A stretch of DNA of 54,432 bases from a bacterium. GTDB lineage: Bacteria; SZUA-182; DTGQ01; JAFGSM01. This document shows, piece after piece, positions 49,447 to 54,432 of the stretch. Positions within the stretch are counted from its first letter, which is position 1. Every line of letters starts with the position of its first letter. Position numbers and translations under genes: made by a program. The notes under the pieces were generated by a model. The model ran no database searches. It was not told where the DNA came from and saw nothing but the letters and a program-made list of their open reading frames with translations. The DNA lies in NCBI GenBank assembly GCA_016934595.1, contig JAFGSM010000265.1:1-54432 (forward strand), written 5' to 3'.

Positions 49447-49504
49447 TAAACGCCCATGCCGCTTTTTAGCGGCGCCACGAATCATGAAAATAGAATCTAT
49501 TTTC
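49447..49504 (+). repeat. Dispersed hairpin repeat (catgaaaat family), copy C
   Basis: taaacgcccat-gccgct/agcggc hairpin-gccacgaatcatgaaaatagaatctattttc. Confidence 0.8.
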
Positions 49505-49666
49505 GTACCAAAAAGCAGGAAGGCCAAGATATCATGCGAATACAGATGGTTAAAATAAACATCCTTAATTCCCTACGCGGGATGATAGTCGAATGCCTGT
49601 ATTCTATCATTCTTATATTATTAACCCTTTTTATCGCCTTTTTTTTCCATATAGCGCTGTCCATAA

Positions 49667-51169
49667 ATGTTTAAGCCCATCCGTGCAGATTATAGTACCA
49701 TAGGTTTTTATTCAGGCAAGATTGTCATAGGCATCGGCCTTCTGATGCTAATCCCTGCTTTTACCTCATGCCTTTTTGGAGAATGGCTGGCAGTTTTGGA
49801 CTTTATGACAGGTTTTTCCCTGTGCTTCATCATAGGTTTAGGTCTGCAGATATTCACATCCCCACAAAAAGAGATCAACTGGATGCTCGGAATGGTTATC
49901 GCCTCTGTTTCCTGGTTTGTTTCAACCTGTATCGGAGCGGTGCCTTCATGGTTAAGTGGTCAATACGGATCTTATCTGGACGCCTGTTTCGATGTAATGA
50001 GCGGGTACACAACCACAGGCCTGATCCTGATCCAAAACCTCAATCATACCTCTAACGGGCTCAATATGTGGCGTCACCTTCTCTCCTATGTGGGCGGGCA
50101 GGGGATCATAGTGGTGGCTCTGACATTCAGCATGAAGGGTTTTGCAAATACTTACAGCCTGTATGTCGGAGAGGGAAAGGATGAGCGGCTGCTTCCAAAC
50201 GTGATCCATACCGCAAGGATAATATGGATTATAAGTCTCGCTTATATGGGCATAGGCACTTTTTTTCTGACCTTCGCCATTCGTTTGGCAGGAATGAGCT
50301 GGACGCGGAGCTTTCTGCACAGCCTCTGGTTATTCATGGGGGCATGGAGCACGGGCGGATTTACCCCCATGTCACAGAACCTGATGTATTATCATTCATC
50401 AGTAATAGAGATCATCACCCTGGTCATATTTGTAGCCGGATCATTGAATTTTGCCCTTCATTTCACAGTATGGCATATAAACCCAAAAGAGATACTCGAT
50501 AACCTCGAGATCGTTTCTTTTACATGCACTGTGCTTATCACCTCCGCTTTTGTCCTCCTTGGTTTGGAGCGTTCAGGCATCTATCCCACGGTTTTATCCT
50601 CATGGAGGAGGGGATTTTATCAACTCGTTTCAGCGCATACAACGACCGGAAATATGACTATTTACGGCACTACATGGATTGGCAACTGGGGGTTTATCTC
50701 ATATTCAGGCATAATCATAGCAATGGCCATAGGAGGAAGCGCCTGTTCCACAGCCGGCGGGTTTAAGAATCTAAGGATAGGTGTGATTTTTGCAGCGCTT
50801 GTTGAAGATATAAGGCGGCTCATCTCACCCGAATCCTCTGTGTTTGTCCAAAGGTTTCATCATATTAAAGATCAAGTTCTGACTGATAAATATATCAGGA
50901 TGATCATGCTGATAGTGCTATCATACATCGGTCTATACGCCGCCTCTACCTTTATTGCTGTAGCCGAAGGTTATCCCTTTCTGGAAGCCGTGTTTGAAGG
51001 TATTTCCGCAGCAAGCAACACAGGCTTGACTTGCGGGCTTACTTCGCCCTCCATGCCTTCGCTGATAAAGATCGTATATATATTCGCCATGTGGGCGGGC
51101 CGCCTGGAATTTATGGCCCTTTTTGCCTTGTTCGGATTCATAGGCTGCATAATCTGGGGAAGGAAATGA
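49667..51169 (+). CDS. trkH: TrkH potassium transporter
   Basis: Four pore loops YTTTG, STGGF, TTTGN, SNTGL; GGS..STAGG.K.LR; GRLE. Confidence 0.95.
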   Translation: MFKPIRADYSTIGFYSGKIVIGIGLLMLIPAFTSCLFGEWLAVLDFMTGFSLCFIIGLGLQIFTSPQKEINWMLGMVIASVSWFVSTCIGAVPSWLSGQYGSYLDACFDVMSGYTTTGLILIQNLNHTSNGLNMWRHLLSYVGGQGIIVVALTFSMKGFANTYSLYVGEGKDERLLPNVIHTARIIWIISLAYMGIGTFFLTFAIRLAGMSWTRSFLHSLWLFMGAWSTGGFTPMSQNLMYYHSSVIEIITLVIFVAGSLNFALHFTVWHINPKEILDNLEIVSFTCTVLITSAFVLLGLERSGIYPTVLSSWRRGFYQLVSAHTTTGNMTIYGTTWIGNWGFISYSGIIIAMAIGGSACSTAGGFKNLRIGVIFAALVEDIRRLISPESSVFVQRFHHIKDQVLTDKYIRMIMLIVLSYIGLYAASTFIAVAEGYPFLEAVFEGISAASNTGLTCGLTSPSMPSLIKIVYIFAMWAGRLEFMALFALFGFIGCIIWGRK

Positions 51170-51681
51170 AAAAAAGACTCAGGTTAAGACCTATGGCGAT
51201 ATGCCTCTTTATCCCTGTTATATGGATGTGTTGTTGCCCTGTATCCACAGTCGCAAAAGAGATCAAGTTAAAACAACTTGTTGAACGGATGAAGATATTC
51301 GATGGAAATCAGATAGAAATAAAAGGCGAGGTTGCCGGAGACATTATGAAGCGCAAAGGCGGCATATGGTTAAGTATAGATGACGGGAGCGAAACCATGG
51401 GGGTTTGGTGTCCAAAGGATATCCTGCCCAAAATATCTTTTATTGGAGGATATAAATCAAGGGGCGACATCCTGAGGATAAGGGGGATTTTTAACATGGC
51501 ATGTCCCCTGCACGGAGGGGAGACGGATATCCATGCGATTGAAATATTCAGGGTTCAGGAAGGATATCCCCTGCATCACCCTGCGTCACCGGAAAGGATA
51601 AAATGGGCCCTCATATTATTAGCGCTCACGGTTTTCACAGCAGCCGCCTACTGGTGGAAGAAAAGCCTTATACCTAAATAA
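51166..51681 (+). CDS. Exported OB-fold-like protein with C-terminal TM anchor
   Basis: ATGA overlap with trkH; signal-like N-terminus; I.I.GEV.GD, DDGS, HGGETDIHA; C-terminal TM. Confidence 0.7.
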   Translation: MKKRLRLRPMAICLFIPVIWMCCCPVSTVAKEIKLKQLVERMKIFDGNQIEIKGEVAGDIMKRKGGIWLSIDDGSETMGVWCPKDILPKISFIGGYKSRGDILRIRGIFNMACPLHGGETDIHAIEIFRVQEGYPLHHPASPERIKWALILLALTVFTAAAYWWKKSLIPK

Positions 51682-51754
51682 GTATTTAGAATGTTAGTCG
51701 TTGGATTTGACCTTTACAGAACAACAATGATTTATAATGATATTATAATATGAG

Positions 51755-51864
51755 GAGTGTAACCAAAATAGTGCAATTTCTCATTAATCATTAGGGATGA
51801 AGCTGGAATCAAGTATGTCTGGAAAAACTGGAGGATACAATAATGCTCTATTTTGGTTACACTC
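51755..51864. mobile_element. 110-bp MITE-like element
   Basis: 17-bp perfect TIR gagtgtaaccaaaatag / ctattttggttacactc (20/21 extended); no TSD seen. Confidence 0.7.
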
Positions 51865-51876
51865 AATACGGGTATT

Positions 51877-53685
51877 TCATGCAGGAGGAATCTCGTCGCT
51901 CACCCCGAACCGCTTGCAAAGTCCCTGATACTGCTGCCATAACTCCAAAGGCAGGCGCTTGCCGAATTTAATAAAGAACTCCTTGTGCCCTTTCATCTCC
52001 TCGATCCATGCCTCACGGTCTATGCTTAAAAGGGCGTTTATATCCTTTTGCGGGATATTGAGACCCGTCAAATCAAGACTCTCAGGCGTAGGCACAAACC
52101 CTATCGGAGTCTCCATGGCCTGGGCTTCGCCACTGCACCTTGCAAGTATCCATTCGATTACCCTCAAATTCTCTCCATATCCGGGCCAGAGGAATTTTCC
52201 ATCCTTGTCTGTCTTAAACCAGTTGACATGATATATCCTGGGCTGTTTCTTCATGCGCAGCCCCATAAACAGCCAGTGTCTGAAGTAATCGGCCATATTG
52301 TAGCCGCAGAAAGGAAGCATAGCCATCGGATCTCGGCGCACCTCCCCAATCTTGCCGAACTGGGCCGCCGTGCGCTCGGAGGCCATGGTTGCCCCTGTAT
52401 ATACGCCATGTTCCCAGCCAAATGATTCATAGACAAGGGGGGCGACCCTTGCCCTGCGCCCTCCGAAGATGATGGCGGAAATAGGCACTCCGTGATGCTG
52501 CTCCAAGCGGAATGATGCCGTAGGACATTGATATATAGGAGCGGTGAACCTGCTGTTAGGATGCGCCCCATGGACCGGCTTTCCATCATCATCCTTCATG
52601 CCAGGTTGCCAGGGATTGCCTTTCCAGTCTATGCCTTCCTCAGGAGGGTCTCCGTCTCCATCCTCCCACCATACAGTCCCGTCGGGTTTTAAAAGGACGT
52701 TTGTGTAAATCGTATTCTTCTTGATAGTCTCCATCGCGTTAGGATTTGTGCGGTAATTGGTGCCGGGGGCAACGCCAAAAAATCCCGACTCCGGATTGAT
52801 CGCCCACAAACTTCCGTCCGTATCGATCCTCATCCATGCGATATCATCCCCCACGGTCCAGATTTTATATCCCTTATGTTTTAGCGCCTCGGGCGGAACA
52901 AGCATGGCGAGATTCGTCTTTCCGCACGCGCTCGGAAATGCGCCTGCCACATACATGATCCTGCCATTTGGTTCCTCCACTCCAAGGATGAGCATATGTT
53001 CGGCCATCCACCCTTCCTGATGGGCCATATAGCTTGCAATGCGCAAAGCAAGGCATTTCTTGCCAAGCAGGACATTCCCTCCATATCCGCTCCCGACACT
53101 CCAGATCGCATTGTCTTCAGGGAAGTGAAGGATTAACCGCCGTTTGATATCCCGGTCAGCCTTGCCGTGAAGGCATTTGGTAAATTCGCCTGCAGGCCCC
53201 AATTGATCGAGCACATTCTTGCCCATACGCGTCATGATGCGCATATTCAAAACCACATATATGCTGTCGGTCAGCTCCACGCCGATCTTGCTGAAGGGTG
53301 AACCGATTGGCCCCATGGAAAAAGGCACAACATACATTGTGCGGCCCTTCATTGAACCTGAAAAGATCGCCCCTGCCTTGCGATACCCCTCTTCAGGCGT
53401 CATCCAGTTGTTCGTAGGCCCTGCATCCTCTTTAAGATGGGTGCATATAAAAGTAAGGTCCTCCGTCCTTGCCACATCATTGACGGCCGTGCGGTGATAC
53501 ACACACCCTGGAAGTTTCTCCTTATTCAATTCAATCAATTCCCCTGTGGAAAATGCCTCCCTGCTGAGCCTTTCTTTCTCTTCTTCCGAACCATCGCAAA
53601 TAACGATTCTGTCGGGCTTGCACAGATCCGAGCACTCCTGTATCCATTCACGAAGCGCCGTGTTTTCCAGGTTTTCAACCTTCAT
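51877..53685 (-). CDS. pckG: Phosphoenolpyruvate carboxykinase (GTP)
   Basis: GSGYGGN.LLGKKC.ALR, AFPSACGKTNLAM, VGDDIAW, HPNSRF, DPMAMLPFCGYN. Confidence 0.98.
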   Translation of the reverse strand: MKVENLENTALREWIQECSDLCKPDRIVICDGSEEEKERLSREAFSTGELIELNKEKLPGCVYHRTAVNDVARTEDLTFICTHLKEDAGPTNNWMTPEEGYRKAGAIFSGSMKGRTMYVVPFSMGPIGSPFSKIGVELTDSIYVVLNMRIMTRMGKNVLDQLGPAGEFTKCLHGKADRDIKRRLILHFPEDNAIWSVGSGYGGNVLLGKKCLALRIASYMAHQEGWMAEHMLILGVEEPNGRIMYVAGAFPSACGKTNLAMLVPPEALKHKGYKIWTVGDDIAWMRIDTDGSLWAINPESGFFGVAPGTNYRTNPNAMETIKKNTIYTNVLLKPDGTVWWEDGDGDPPEEGIDWKGNPWQPGMKDDDGKPVHGAHPNSRFTAPIYQCPTASFRLEQHHGVPISAIIFGGRRARVAPLVYESFGWEHGVYTGATMASERTAAQFGKIGEVRRDPMAMLPFCGYNMADYFRHWLFMGLRMKKQPRIYHVNWFKTDKDGKFLWPGYGENLRVIEWILARCSGEAQAMETPIGFVPTPESLDLTGLNIPQKDINALLSIDREAWIEEMKGHKEFFIKFGKRLPLELWQQYQGLCKRFGVSDEIPPA

Positions 53686-53917
53686 GACTTTTCTCCCCTT
53701 AATGTCTAAAAGTGTCTAAAATTATTATTTAGTTTTATTATAAAAAAAAACGTCAAAAACAGCAAGTTGCAAATTGCGCCATCGACTATTAGAATGACTA
53801 AATAACATGATCTCCGGCTTTGCAGGAATGACTGAAAAAGGTATTTTTGCGCCCTGATATGCTTCAATATCTCAGAGATCATAGGTTTTATGAGTGACCT
53901 TTTAAGGGAGGATATTT

Positions 53918-54337
53918 ATGAAAAGCTATAGAAAGGAACTGTTATTCAACATACCTCAACGGCGCGCGTTCTTGAATATTACGCATGATGTCGAGGCCTG
54001 CCTTCGAGAGAGCGGCATTAATGAAGGTTTTGTGCTGGTGAACGCCATGCACATCACCGCCTCTGTCTTTATAAATGACGACGAAAGCGGGCTCCATAAG
54101 GATTATGAAGAGTGGCTGGAAAACCTTGCCCCCCATGATCCCGTAAGCCAATATCGCCATAACCTTACAGGGGAAGATAATGCAGACGCGCACCTTAAAA
54201 GGCAGGTCATGGGAAGAGAGGTGGTTGTGGCTGTGACAGATGGCAGGCTGGATTTTGGGCCATGGGAGCAGATTTTTTACGGAGAATTTGACGGGCGCAG
54301 ACCCAAGAGGATACTGATAAAGATCATCGGGGAATAG
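53918..54337 (+). CDS. yjbQ: YjbQ/UPF0047 family protein
   Basis: [28 protein letters not shown]. Confidence 0.93.
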   Translation: MKSYRKELLFNIPQRRAFLNITHDVEACLRESGINEGFVLVNAMHITASVFINDDESGLHKDYEEWLENLAPHDPVSQYRHNLTGEDNADAHLKRQVMGREVVVAVTDGRLDFGPWEQIFYGEFDGRRPKRILIKIIGE

Positions 54338-54382
54338 ATGGCAAATACTCATGGCCCCTTGGGCTATAATAAATCATTGAGA

Positions 54383-54432
54383 ATGGAATTTTACGCCCAC
54401 AGTATAAAAGGAAGGCCGGTTAATGAATGGCA
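54383..54432 (+). CDS. Truncated ORF start resembling the Cas3 HD-domain N-terminus
   Basis: MEFYAHSIKGRPVNEW(Q/H), running off the window; in-frame alternative ATG at 54338. Confidence 0.5.
   Translation, partial: MEFYAHSIKGRPVNEW

Noticed and set aside
49456-49674. 72-aa ORF upstream of trkH
   Set aside because: Starts inside a dispersed repeat, no RBS or family features; cannot be supported
53700-53740. Short repeats tgtctaaaa x2 (also agatata repeats at 32605-32645)
   Set aside because: Too short and AT-rich to distinguish from chance

Overview
Bacterial chromosomal window; the chemosensory, sigma54 and repeat content looks Desulfobacterota/Nitrospirota-like, which is an inference only. 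From left to right it contains: (1) a minus-strand operon of PAS kinase, NtrC-type regulator, three non-canonical pseudopilins, a TPR membrane protein and GspF/PilC; (2) a hybrid histidine kinase whose phospho-His is replaced by Phe, then an FGE-sulfatase/CLec-fold protein; (3) an AT-rich accessory island with decayed toxin-antitoxin genes and an intact three-gene operon (PD-(D/E)xK-like nuclease with structured N-terminal repeats, RNase J-like MBL/beta-CASP nuclease, unknown protein), the best candidate for an undescribed defence system; (4) a chemosensory cluster cheA-cheY-cheW-[His-rich secreted protein]-MCP(zinc-less CZB-like insert)-cheW-cheR-HEAT-cheR-cheB, followed by a degenerate WecA-like gene and an intact hybrid kinase; (5) a stand-alone Hpt and a Wzm/Wzt glycan cluster with HtrL-like, sulfotransferase, fucosyltransferase and GT2/4/9 genes; (6) a sigma54 regulator, a Trk K+ uptake operon, GTP-PEPCK, yjbQ and, at the right edge, a probable cas3 N-terminus. 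Intergenic DNA holds several MITE/REP-like elements, two with clear target-site duplications. All family calls come from motif recognition by eye; no searches were run.
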